From the NCBI GenBank assembly GCA_036172245.1, contig JAYWIR010000003.1:2480001-2544000 (forward strand): a stretch of DNA of 64,000 bases, in the 5' to 3' direction. Under the pieces are notes generated by a model. That model made no database searches. It was not told the origin of the DNA and saw only the letters and a program-made list of their open reading frames with translations. Origin of the DNA: Raillietiella orientalis (Eukaryota). Below are positions 37,650 through 48,949 of this stretch, piece after piece; position 1 is the first letter of the stretch; each line of letters opens with the position of its first letter. Both the position numbers and the translations under genes were made by a program.

Positions 37650-40600
37650 TGCGAGTGGCCTCCGAGGGGACGCATCTGAGAGAGCTCTCTCTCCGGCTCG
37701 TGGAAAGAAACGAGGGGGAGACCCCCCGAGTGCTCCTCCCCCCCTGATCTGGAGCGCACGTCGAGAGGCTGTCCAGGGCGATGGCGATCCCGCGCTCGCG
37801 TGCGCGCTGCTCTCCCTGCTCCGGCGAGATGCGGTCTCACCGTTCCGCGCTGATTCGGAAAAGCACCATCCCCGATCGAGCCTGAGCCTGTCGGCCGGCC
37901 AGAAGCCTGGCAACAGGGGGCAGGAGGGTGAAGGGTGCTCCCGATTCCCAAGCATCTAAGGACGGAGCTGAGGGACCCAAAGCTCGCGGGGAAAGAACAA
38001 AAAAAGGGAAGAGGGAGGGTGGAGGGGGGAAGAAATCGGGTATCATTGAAGAATACCCTCCCGCAGGAGCACGGCAGTGAGATGCAGGAGCGTGTTCGGG
38101 TTGCTCAGCGACAACGCGAGCGGACGCGCTGCCGCATTGCGGCGTCGGCGGATGGGACGCGGAGGCGGAAAAAAAGTTTGGAGAATCCCCGGGATGTCTT
38201 TTCATCTCTCCCTCTTCCCCAGTGCTGAAGAAAGGATGAGCGAGCAGCGTGGGATGTTCTTCTTCCCTCCTCCGCCTCATTCTCCGACCCTGGTGGTCGC
38301 CAAGGAAACGCCGTCCTGTCTATCCCGAGATGCGGAGGCTTCCACCGGGAGGTCACGTGGTGCATGAGGATGAAGGAGCTCAGGGTGCGCCCTCGTGTGA
38401 TTTACCGGAGATGCCGCGATGATCAATCACAAGAGAAGCGAGGAATTTCGAGATCAGGCAAGTTCGGAGCGCGTCCGAGGACGAGACGCAACCTGGGAGA
38501 AGAGCGCGGAGATGAGGAAGCGCGTAATTCACGTCTGCCTGAGGTGAGAAGAGCAAGGAGCCACGGGTCCAGTAAGAAAGGCCTCATTTTTTAAATTTTT
38601 TCCATTTCCAATTTTTTTTCCCCCTCTTTTTGTCTTAGGCAGGGCGGGTGACGGAGACCACGGGTCGTTCGTTGGTGATGAAGACGGTGGATTTTGCGAG
38701 GAACACGCCCTCCAACCAATTGGACTTCAAGAGTGCCCCACGAAGAAGCACAGCTCTTCTTCGACCTTCCGAGGTCCCAAGGCGGTAGCGCCTTTGGTCG
38801 CCACGGTGAAGCAAGGAAATATTTCCTGCGAGCGTGTTGCTGACGAGGCAGCCTACATCCCCAGCCTCCCCCTCCACCCTTTCCGGCGAAGCGGAGACGC
38901 GAGGGAGTAAAGCGCAGCTTTTCTTCTGACTTCCAAGGTCCACTGGCGGCAGCCTCTTTAACCGCCGCGGCAAAGCAAGAAGGGATTTCCGGAGATCATG
39001 ATGCTGACAGGGCGGCCTCCATCCCCCACCCTCACCTCTCTCTTACGGAGAAGCGGAGACGCAAGGGGGTGCTCGACGGCAAGTCTTCCGGAGAGGATGC
39101 AGACGCGCGCATCCTGATATTCGGCTCAGCAGAGGGAAGACGTCTCTTCGCATGAGCCACATCCCCTGGCTGCCTGCCCCTTGAGCGCATCCTGAGCACA
39201 GGGCCGCGTCTCCCTCCACATGTGAACCCCCTTTTCAAGTCCACCTTCCCTACCAACCAACCACCGAAAAATCGTCTTCCGACAGTCGGAGCGCACGTTC
39301 ACAGACGGCCGCAGCTGCAGAGACACCGTCCTGATGGTCAGCCCTCTCCGCCCGCGGTGAACGGGGGAAGGGGGCTGGGTGGGGTTTCTTCCTCGTGGCA
39401 TGCAGCGGGTTTGCTCCCGGATCATCTCGGCGGAATCCGGAGCCGAGTTCATTGGGAAGACAGGAAAAACCTCATGCACTCGCCGCTGCTCCGGAATGTC
39501 TTTTTCAAGACGCCTTCCCCCCTCCTTCGAGGCAGCAAGGAGGGGGAGGGGAGAAGGTAAGGAGGAAGAGGAGGAGGTGGAAGAGGAAGAAGAAGAGGAG
39601 GAGGAGGAAGAGAAAGGCAGCCCGCTTCTCTCGGACCGGCGAATGGGGCGGCGTTTGGTGCGCGCGCGAGTGCCTATCGGATCGCGGAAGCGGCAGCGAG
39701 AGAGGGGCGCGCGCCCTGCAGCCATCCGAATCGCCGGTCGCCTCCGGGGAGCAGGCCGTTCTCTCCGGGCGGCGAGCCTCTTCCCGCCTCCGCCAGGGGC
39801 TCCCCGCGAGCGCGTCCGCCGAGAGCGAGCGAGAATCCGTCGGCCATTCCGCTCACGTATCAAATGTGACTTGATTTCATCTGCTGCGATCTAATCTTTC
39901 CGAGAACGAAACAAGAATCCCCCCCCGACGAATGGGCATCCGTAATTTATTGCTTTCGCTCAGAGTTACCGCGTTCCCCTAGATACGCCGACTCAATCAT
40001 GTGACTGTTGGCCTCTCGCAATAAATCCTTCAGTATGTAATGCACCAATCAAGGAAGTAATATATAGTGAATAATAAATTCCCACGTGTGAAGCGCTTGA
40101 TTTTTCCATCGGAAATTCCACTCGCGCGCAGCTCCAAACAAGACGCGCGGCGCTGGATTCCTCCCGCGGAAGGTCGGGAAGAGCGCCACAAGGGCGCCGT
40201 GGAGTTTCAAAAGGCAAGGTTGGGAAAGGCAGCGGAAGCAGGGAATTCGGGCCGAGGGGCGCGAGCCTGGGCGATGGGCGCGACAGCCCGCGTCCCCCCG
40301 TCGAACGGACGCACGCACCTCGCTGAGGCAGCTGTTCGACGCGAATTGCGCGTGCGCGCGACGCGGGATTTTACCCGCGCAGGGTCGGGAAGAGTGGCCG
40401 CGGGGCTTTGAAAGAGGTGGGAGCTTGGACCGAGGGTCTCAGGCTCGGGAAATGGGTCCGGCAACCCGCGTCCCCCCGTCGTACGGAAGGACGCACTTCT
40501 CTGCGGCTGCTCCTCGACTCGAACCGCGCGTGCGCGCGCGATGCGGGATTTTTCCCGCGTAGGGTCGGCAAGGGTGACCACGGGGCTACAGAAAAGGGGG

Positions 40601-40900
40601 AGCGACGGTTCCTGAGCAGGAAGCGGCAAGCCCGGCAGAGGGACTGGCGGCTCGCGTCCTCCGTCGAACGGACGGACGCACCTCGCTAAGGGCGCAGCTC
40701 GACCGGAGCCGGAAAGAGTGGGACGGCGGCGAGACGCTGGAGGGAGGAAGGCGGGGGCTGATGCGTTTTTTTGTTTTCCCGACTTCTCTCGATCTCCCAC
40801 CTCCGCCTCTCTTCCTTCCCGACTGTGCGCCCGGGGCCGAGCCACGCAACAGGGTCCACCTGCCCGCCTCCCCCGTAATGGCAGGTCATCGGCCAATTGC
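37650..40900 (-). mobile_element. Fossil CR1-like ORF2, copy O; the only inverted copy, near full length
   Basis: Minus strand, in order: LRGRRAGG (GRRGGG), DPTREK (EPTR; ORF 40207..40896); PLLAASKEGG..EKD..VFPVF (ORF 39126); SPEDL; RPVSI ~39015 (RPVSL); GSQKKSC..VEGEAGDVGCL..KSNWLEG (GFTKGKSC..DEGxAVDVxYL..KNWLxG; ORF 38635..38973); LLDPWLL (VLGPxLF); HWGR (HLGR); RVVAEQ..SHC (GVLVD..QQC). Confidence 0.75.
40140..40705. repeat. Diverged tandem repeat, about 3 units of ~178-186 bp, within the endonuclease region of copy O
   Basis: Anchor cgcgtcc(c/t)..gtcg(a/t)acgg at 40289, 40467 and 40653; anchor ggatt..cccgcg..ggtcgg at ~40156, ~40366 and ~40546. Confidence 0.9.
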
Positions 40901-41499
40901 TGGCTTGGGGACGCTGTCGGCGGATGCCAGCCGGAGCCAGGAGCCGTCCGTCCCGTTAGGAGCGTGGAGAACCCAGCGCTGGGCGATTAGCGGGTGAGGT
41001 CGTCCCCTGAGGGCGGCCGTGCAGCAAACGAGAAGCCCTCTGGGCAGTCGCCGCCGTGGGAGTGTCGGAGAAAACGCCCGTGTTGCAGGCAACGTTCGGG
41101 GCGGTGGCGCCGCCGCATGGGCGTCTATCGGCGGGCTGCGCGTCGCCTAGGGGCGAATAGGAAACCCCTCCTCGTTAGGTGCAGCGTGTGCTGTTGGTGA
41201 CGGAATGGGGAGAGGGAGTGAAAGAAGGAGCAAGAGGGGGAGGAGGACGGGGGAAGTGGTAGGGAAGTAAGGAAAAAAAAAAAAAAAAAAATGCATACAC
41301 ACACGCGCGCCCGAGCACACACACAGGAGGAGGGCATACGGGGGGGAGAGGAGGAGGGGAGGGGAAAAAAAGGTCCGCGAGAGCGGTGGGCAAGTCGCCA
41401 AATTTTTTTCCCACTTCCGCTCTTTCTCTCCTCCCTCCTCTCTGAGGCCGCGGTGGCGAAGACCTGAGCGCCCACCCGGCGGCCGGGAGAAAGCAAGAG

Positions 41500-42050
41500 G
41501 CGCATGCGGGCACTGATGCTTCTCCCGGACGGCGCTGCGATCGAGCTGGGCTCCCCTGCGTCCAGGAGGGATGGCGCCGCTCTTCCTCCTTATTCGGAGC
41601 TGGCGCGCCTGCGTCGTCGTCTCCGCGAGCGCATCACCCCGGCGTCCGCCGACTCGTCCGGGAGTCTCCTCCCCACTCCCGGAGCCGCCTGGACCCTAAG
41701 GGCGCTGAAGGAGAACTCTACCCGAGCAGCCCTGGGAAAGCAGCATCCTCCTCTTCCCGCCGTTGCGCACGGCGATAAGAGAGAAGGGAGCCGTGCGCAA
41801 AAAGGGAGGAGAAGAGAACGCTTCAGCGGTCCCTCTTCCAAAGGAACTCGCGGAGTTGCGTCACGGTTCTGGTCCCGAGCCGCCCTCCTTACCCTGAGGC
41901 GCCCCAGGAAGCTCCCGCGGGGAGGCCGCGGCGGGGGTCGAAAGGAGGGAAACCAAAGGGGCAAAAATGGCGGCGAGGGAGCCGCACTCCCTACACCGTT
42001 GGGAGGGTTGAGGTGGCGGGGACCTCTCCGGGAAGCCCGGGGGAGGAAGA
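41500..42050 (+). mobile_element. Fossil CR1-like ORF2 3' fragment P
   Basis: SPASRRDGAALPPYSELARLR in ORF 41504 (SVASRSREVILPLYSALVRPH). Confidence 0.5.
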
Positions 42051-45000
42051 AAAATGCCCGGAGAGTCATGGAGAGAAGTGGGGTGAGCAAGCAGCTCTCG
42101 TAGCTCCGGGGGCGGGAGGCGACTTCATCGATCTGCTGCCGGAAGGAGGCCGAGGGCGGCTCCGTTTCCAGCGCGCGCGCGCCCCCTTTCTCCCAGCGGA
42201 GAAGCAGCGTCCTTCTGATGAGACGACGCGCAGGGATCCCATGGGTCCGCTCTCCGTCCCGGAGGGACCGCGGGGAAGGGAGCAGGAGAGGATGGGACGA
42301 GCGACGCCCCGTGCGCTCGGAAGGCGGAGAGGGCGGGGGACATCAATGAGGGGCGGCCGTCGGAATGGGAAGGGAAGAGGTCCTGCGGAGATGAGTTCCA
42401 CCCACCTCCGAAGGTCGCCTGGCCGACCGAGAGTGGCTCTGGGCTCGGCGGCGCTGCTCCACTCCTCCCGCGATTGCAGTGGCGGCCGCCCTGCGACTGC
42501 CGCCTGGCGGCAGCCTGGAGAAACCCTCGAGCTCTCTTTCTCCCCCATTCGGTGGCATTCCCGCGAGGCGATTGGTCGGGAGCCCTTACTTTCCTCCCCT
42601 CCAGTCTCTGGAAGGATCAGGCCGTCCTCCCGGCGGTCGAAAAGGGGCGGACGGGTGCGCGCCCACCCCGGGGGAAGCTGCGCGCAACCGATGGAGTTCC
42701 CTTTTCTCCCCTCCTCCCCTTCCGCTCCTTATCAGGGGGTCGAGTGCTTTCCTCCCCCGTCCTCACTTGCGAGAGGACTTCGACGGCGCGCACGCACCCC
42801 GGCGGCTGCCTCCTCCTTCCCCTCCCCCCCCCCCCCTGCACATGCGCTGCTCACGCCTTGGAGGAGCGGCTGCCGCGTCTCCCTTCGGCCTCCAGCGCGT
42901 CGCCCACGCGTGGAGAGGCGACGGGAGAGTCTCCCCTCCTCCTCCTCCACCACGTCCTCTTCCCCATCTGGCACTTCGACGAACGTTGCCGGGAGGAAGG
43001 AGGAACGGATCCAAAAGAGGGAGCGCCTTTTTCTCTCCCTCTCCTTCCGGGTGGGAAGACGCGGGCGCCTCCAGCCGGGAGAAAGCGGGACGGGAGCCGT
43101 GCACCCTCGCCCCATCTTCCTTCCCCTTCTTCGCTCCCTGCCAGGGATTGCAGGACGCGGTTTTTCCAGAGGGGCACCCTCTCCCACTGATTGTCTTCTC
43201 TTCCCCCCGCGACCTCCACCCAGCCCTTTCCCCCACTCCGGAGGAAGGCAAAGAAGCGGACGGTCTGCGCCTCCTCCTGGCACGGCGCGCCTGCGCTGCT
43301 CCGTCTGCTGCCCCTTCTCTGCGCCCGGATGAAAGCCCCGATAAATTATGCAGCGGCTGGACCCTCGGGATGGGTGAATTCCCAACTGGGAATGAGAGAG
43401 AGCTACCTTTCCCCACTTCCTCCGCCCCCGCTCCGAAACGGGTCGCCGGGGCAACGGGCATCATTTATTCACGCGGCTTCATCGAACGCCTTTGGTGCCG
43501 CCGTCTTGGTTGCGGTCTCTCCGTCTCCATCCGCCTCTAATGCACGTGGGGTCTTCCCTCACGGGAGATGGGGAGAGGGGGGTAGAGAGATCTCCCTGGA
43601 GGGCTTCCTTCCTATCCCGGAGCCAGTGACCCGGAAGCGCCTCGTTGGCTAGGCGAGGGAAGTTTCCGCGCCGCGAGGACGCTTTTCCTTTTGCCCTCTC
43701 TCCGTGGGGCTGGGGCCCCCGGTGCTCTCAGGGAGGGACGCGGGCGCCGGCGCCCAAGCAACGCGCGGTTTCCACAGCTGCGACCGTCCGTCCGCCGCGG
43801 GGCCGCCGCGATGCGATTGGCCGGCGCGCTCGCTCCCCGCTCGCGCTCGAAGGGCGACGGGAAGCGGAACGCGGCTCGACAGGAATCGCCGGCAACGTCT
43901 TCCCTGCTCCCTCGCGACCTCGCACGGAGCGCGGGATGTGCGGATCGCACCTTCCTCCGCCGTTGCTGGGATCGCGCCGGAAGGGGCTCGGATGCCGCGG
44001 CGAGGGAAGAGGGGGGGGGGGGGGAGGGGACACGCGGCGCACAGCAGCGTTGCACCTGGCGCCGAAGGGCGCAGGAGATGCAGACACCGCCATGGAGGAC
44101 GCTGCTCCAAGGGAATTCGCTGAGACGCACGCTGCCATGGGCGGCCGACACCTTTCCCGTTACCATGAGGGATATGGGATAGGAGCTGACTCAAAGAGGA
44201 TCCTTCCCGGCACTGGGAGAGCTGCTACTGAGAGAAGGTTCCCTACGCGCAACCCAGTAACCATGGTGACGCCTTTCCTCCCCCTCCTCCTCCTTCAGCA
44301 ACAAGAGCCATGGCCACGAGAGGCTGTGCCATGGGGTAGCCTCCAGTCACGCAGCAACACGTTTCCTTCTGTTGAATACGAAAGACATAGAGGGTGCCAG
44401 AATCCGGAATAGCATCCCATCGCCATAAGGGATGCTGCTACGAATGATTCAAGCCACTGTTATCACGGTGGCAACTTCCCTATTCTCACGAAGAAACTTC
44501 TGGTTTTCGGGATGGCCTCCTTGGACTACGCGCTGCCCTCCCCCCAGACAAAGGGATGACTTCGAGGAATTGTTTTCGAAAGCAACGGAAGTGATGGGGC
44601 GCTCGGTAGCTTCTGCTGCCTTTGTCAATGCGCCTTCGCGTGCTCGCATCCTCAGATGAATCATCCTCCCGCGGATCGGTCAGGCGGAAAGCCAAGCGCG
44701 GTGGTGGTAGGACACGCAACGGCACCTCCGCGTCCTCGGGAGGGAATCACATGGATGAAGTGTTCGCGTCTTCCTCCTATTCCCGTGATCTCAAGAGGAC
44801 ACGTATGGGAAGGTCGGCTCCGCAGCCAGCAACGGGCGCACGCGAGAAAGCGCGCGGCGCGATAGGGGTGACATCTACGAGCTTCCCTTCAACACGAGAG
44901 AGGAATCCGGTTGCGGCTGCGGCATCTAGTAGCGTTTCCCTCAAGTTCAAGTCGGCGGGAGCACGATTTCTCCATTTTCGATCTCGCAGCTATTTTAATT
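42050..45000 (+). mobile_element. Fossil CR1-like ORF2, copy Q (endonuclease to C-terminus, with an internal deletion)
   Basis: EQAALV..GDF..DETTRRD..MEF (ORF 42013); PSGWVNSQL (PAWLNxEL, ORF 43191); AGDADTAME (GGVADTPE); LQGNSLRRTLPWA (IQRDLDRLExWA, ORF 43691); GMLLRMI..LDYAL..KATEVMG (GILGCI..LEYCV..RATKMI); EVFA..KRTRMG..FKSAGARFL (LFS..RTRGNG..FKxxLDxFL, ORF 44622). Confidence 0.65.
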
Positions 45001-45049
45001 AAGCAGCTAAAAATAGAAAAACGGTCATGGAGCCCAATAGAAAGACGCG

Positions 45050-48000
45050 GGTGACGGATTGTGGGCAGTCGCAGCATTTCCCGAACGTGCCTTCCACGAA
45101 TTTTATGCATTTTTGCTTGCCACATATTTCATGCCGACCTTATTTACTTCCCCCTCACCAAGGCGCTGCATCTTAATTGAATAAATTCAGCTGCTCAAAC
45201 TCAGAGGAAAATCTTCGGCACAGCATGAACGAGCTCTTCGCTTTCTCCGCAAGCTCAATGGCTACCGGAGATGATTGAGCACCCTGGAAGTGGAAACCGA
45301 GAGTCCCTCGAAAGCGCTTTGCTCCGCGAAAGACCGTTCCTCTTCGCGGAGGAGAGCGCAGGACCGCTAGGAAGGCCGGCAGCTCCAGGTGAGTAACTGT
45401 AGATCACAGGGATGGTTGTCGGCGCGGAAATTGCAGCCGTCGAAATTAAGGACATTCGGTAAGAAGGTGATTTAGCGCACGACTGTCTTCGAAAAGCGCC
45501 TCGACCTGCTGAGGTCCTCAGGCTCGCTTTAAATAAAACAGCTATCAATAATGATTTATTGTAATGGATGTTTACTCTTGAAATGAAGGCACTACTTCAT
45601 TTTCCGCGAGGGTCGAAGTGTTCCGTGGAGGTCACGGAGACCCCTGCTTCGCCGACGAAAGTTCCTCTGACCGCTTCCTTCCCTATGCTGCCTGGTCGGG
45701 AAGGCGACCGCTCTCCTGCGCCGCCAATGGATCCCCAGCAACGGTTTCCCCGAAGGGAGAGCGGGCTCAGTGGTGATTAATAAAACATGGCAGCCAACCA
45801 GGGGAAAGAAAAATCGGGGATCGGTGGGAGAACGGACTCCTCTTCCCGGGAAAAGCGCAGGTCACGCGGAACTTGCCCGGGAGAAACTTCCCGAGACAGA
45901 GGAGTTTCCGCGCCCTCCCTGTTTTCGCCCCGCTCCGTTTTTAGGCAACGACGAGATCGCAAGGTCGCTTCTCACTCGTAGCGGAAAAGGCGGGTCCACG
46001 GGGAAGGGTGCGCCAGGACTCCACCGGTTCCCTTCCGGCGGGGCCACCCGTCGGGCAGGTGAGTGCTGCCCCAACCAGGAAGTTTGGGTTTCGAGGAGGA
46101 AAACGTGGGCTCGGAGGAACCGCGGCGTGGAGCGCGCCCTCGCCCTCTGGCGGGGGAGACGCTTCGTCCGACCGACAGCACCGGGAGGGGAGGGGAAGCA
46201 CTGCACTCCCGAGCCGGGGTCCATCTGCCTCCCGCAGAGGTGGGTACGAAGAGCGAGCAGGGCTCCGAGGCGGTCGTGAGCGAGCGGGGAGGGACCTGAG
46301 ATGCACGCGCAGGTCCAGCGGTCTCCTTCTCCCCCGAAAAAGCGAGGTTCCCAACTCGCCTGAAGGCGCGCAACCCTTTTTCCCCTTCCCGAACAGTGCT
46401 GTCAATCTAGCGATGCAGCCAGGACCTCGCTTCCCGTCGATTCATCGGGACCCCTCCGGAGGTTGCGCAAAGAGCCCCCGGGAGTTATGAGCCCTCGGCG
46501 CGCGGCTTAGGGAGGCATCGCGCACATGTATGGGGCATGTTTTTGGAGGGGAATCTTCTCGCCTTGGACTTGTCACCGGCTGCCGATCCCAAAATCCATC
46601 ACGAAAACACGCGCCCCCAGGTGCTGCATACACGCAGAGCTCATCGGAAGCGTTTCCAGGGGTTATGCCCCGCGCGGCAGGAACGGGGGAGAGCGGGCGG
46701 TAAATTCTCCCGAGTCTTCCTCCTCGCAAGCTTCCTCCCCACTTCTTCTCGAGGTGCTGCTCAGCGAAGCGGCTGAGTCACTTCTCGTCTCGGGATCCCA
46801 AGGAGGCGGGAAGAGCGGGCTCTGGTGGTGGCGCGCACCGTCGCGAGCAGAACGCAGAACAGATTCCAAGAGACTGCCGCCCCGCGGCCTCCTTCCGACC
46901 CTTCACTGGTCGGCGCTCACGCGCATCCTGACCAATGAAAGAGAGGTTTCTCTTCATACCGGCGATCGTCCCCCAGGCAGCAGGGTGTAATTTGGACCCA
47001 TCGCCTCCTTGCGAACGCGGTAATTGAAAATGCCGGTCCGGCGCTCGGTCGGCTCGTGACGAGTCCGAGGGCCGTTCAGCCCATCTCGCATGCAGCCGGC
47101 GTGCGAGTTGGCCGGTGCCTAGGCGACGGCCAGGACGGAAGATCTCCAGTGCGCCGGATGAGCCCCACGAAAGCGCAGGAACGCCTACTCCCGCGCGTGC
47201 ACCCCAAGGGAACCCGACCGAGCTGTTTCTCCTCCGGATAGGAAGCCGAGTCCGCTTCGGACCTCCCTCCCCTCCCCTCTCCCTTCCCCCCTTTCCCGCT
47301 GGAGGCGGCCGGGATCCGAACCCAAAGCGCAGGCGAGCAGCCTCGCCGGAACCGACGCGGGCTGCGCGACCGGAACTCGTCTCGAGAACTGCGCCGAGCA
47401 CCTGGGCATCCCGTCAGGGATGCTGCTTGGTGCCGCCGGGGGCGGGGAGTTTTCGAACCCCTCCAGGGGAGCGACGAGCGCTCCAATCTCCAAGGATGGC
47501 TTCGTTCCCCTGGCAGCAGCACGAGCTGAAGAGGGACGGGAGCGATTTGCGCGCAGCGTCGAACGCAGAGAGAAAATGCACACTCCTTGCGTCGGAGAAG
47601 ACGTCCGTACCCATCAGATCACGTACATCGACATGTGGCCTTCTGGTCCAGTACCTCGGAAATTCTTCCCTTCCGTTTGCCAAACTCCCGAATAATGCGC
47701 GGGATGCATCCAAAATTCCCGGTCATTTCAAGCATGCGAGAGCCCCGAATTCCGGGACAACGCTGGCCGTTGCTAGGTGTTCACTACCTCGGCGTCTACA
47801 CGTGTCCTCGCGCTTCCTTGCTCCGAAATTTTGCTCGTTCCCATAGAAGATCTCCGTTTCCATGACGAGGCCCCTGCTCTTAAAAACGGCACTGCCGTCG
47901 GCTGCCGCTCTTTCCCGACCGAAGGTGCTGCACGGGTCTGCGAGAATCGAGGGAACCCCGGCTGAGGGAGATCCGAGGGGAAGCGGCACCGCGGGAACGC

Positions 48001-48850
48001 CATGGGAACACGTGAGCCATGGGCCCACCACGGCGGGGAGGGAAGGCCACGGCGCGCGGAGGTGCTCTCCCTCGCGTTCGCTCTCCGTGGAGGAAAAAGC
48101 CACGAGGACGGGAAATCTTTTGTCAGAAGGCCGTCGCTTGGAACTCACTCCACGGCCGCGCGCCTCTTGCAAGAAAATCTGATTTACATCGGGGCCCTGT
48201 TGAATTCTTACATTATAGGCAACTGCACAGATCGGTTGGTGGTGACCCGAGTGACTTTCGCTTCGGGCCGGCCCGCCAACGCATTGATTTGTGGGAACAA
48301 AAACAAGCAAAAAAAACGAAAGAAGAAGAAAGATGTAAAAACAAACACGAGACAGCCGTTTTATTTATCCCCGGTATTTTCGTCTGTCCCGGAGAACGCC
48401 TGCCCGAGCGACCTAGCAGGACCGCACGGTGGAAACGCAGCCACTCGAAGGTGGCGGCGGCCTGTCGTTGCGGTGAGCCTGAATCGAATCGCTCGACCCC
48501 CACAGCACACCCAACCACCACGCGCCCCACGATGGCTGCGTGCCTGAGTGCCCGCCAAGCACGCAGACGCTTCAAGAAGAGACGGAAACACACGGAATCC
48601 GGGAGGTCCTCCCGTTTCCCACCGTGCCGGGTGGGACCCCCCGAGCCGGCTTCCCTCCCAAGTGGAGTCGCTCCGCATAGCGAGCATCCTTTAGACGGGA
48701 GAGCCTCTTTGGAAGAGACGACGGTTTTTTCAGCGTTTCGAGGAACCGGGCGCCCAGTCACCTCCCAAACTCCATGCCGTTGCCATGACTCCTCGTGCTC
48801 ACTGTTCAGGAAACGGTGCTCTCGTGGACAAGAGGATCGGAAGACGTGAC
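45050..48850 (+). mobile_element. Fossil CR1-like ORF2, copy R (end of endonuclease to C-terminus)
   Basis: FSCSNSE ~45187 (LGCSDHE); AELAR ~45868; ELIGSVSR (ELADVIAR); FTGRRS..LTN ~46903-46936 (FTKGRSCLTN); RAVQPISH..GQDGRSPVR (KAFDTVSH..GLDGxTVR, ORF 47056); TPPGERRALQ..KCTLL (ORF 47115); EDLRF (KDLGV); RAEVLSL (SREVILPL); DSSCSLFRKR (SPSLxVFKKR). Confidence 0.7.
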
Positions 48851-48949
48851 TGCACGAACTCAAGGATATGTTTTGCAATGATGCGAGTATCCTTAGGTCC
48901 GGGATAGCAAAATGTCATACATGAGATTCCGTAAATGCCGATTTCGCCA

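Noticed and set aside
42215..42270. Hammerhead ribozyme core (ctgatgag)
   Set aside because: No downstream GAAA or supporting stems.
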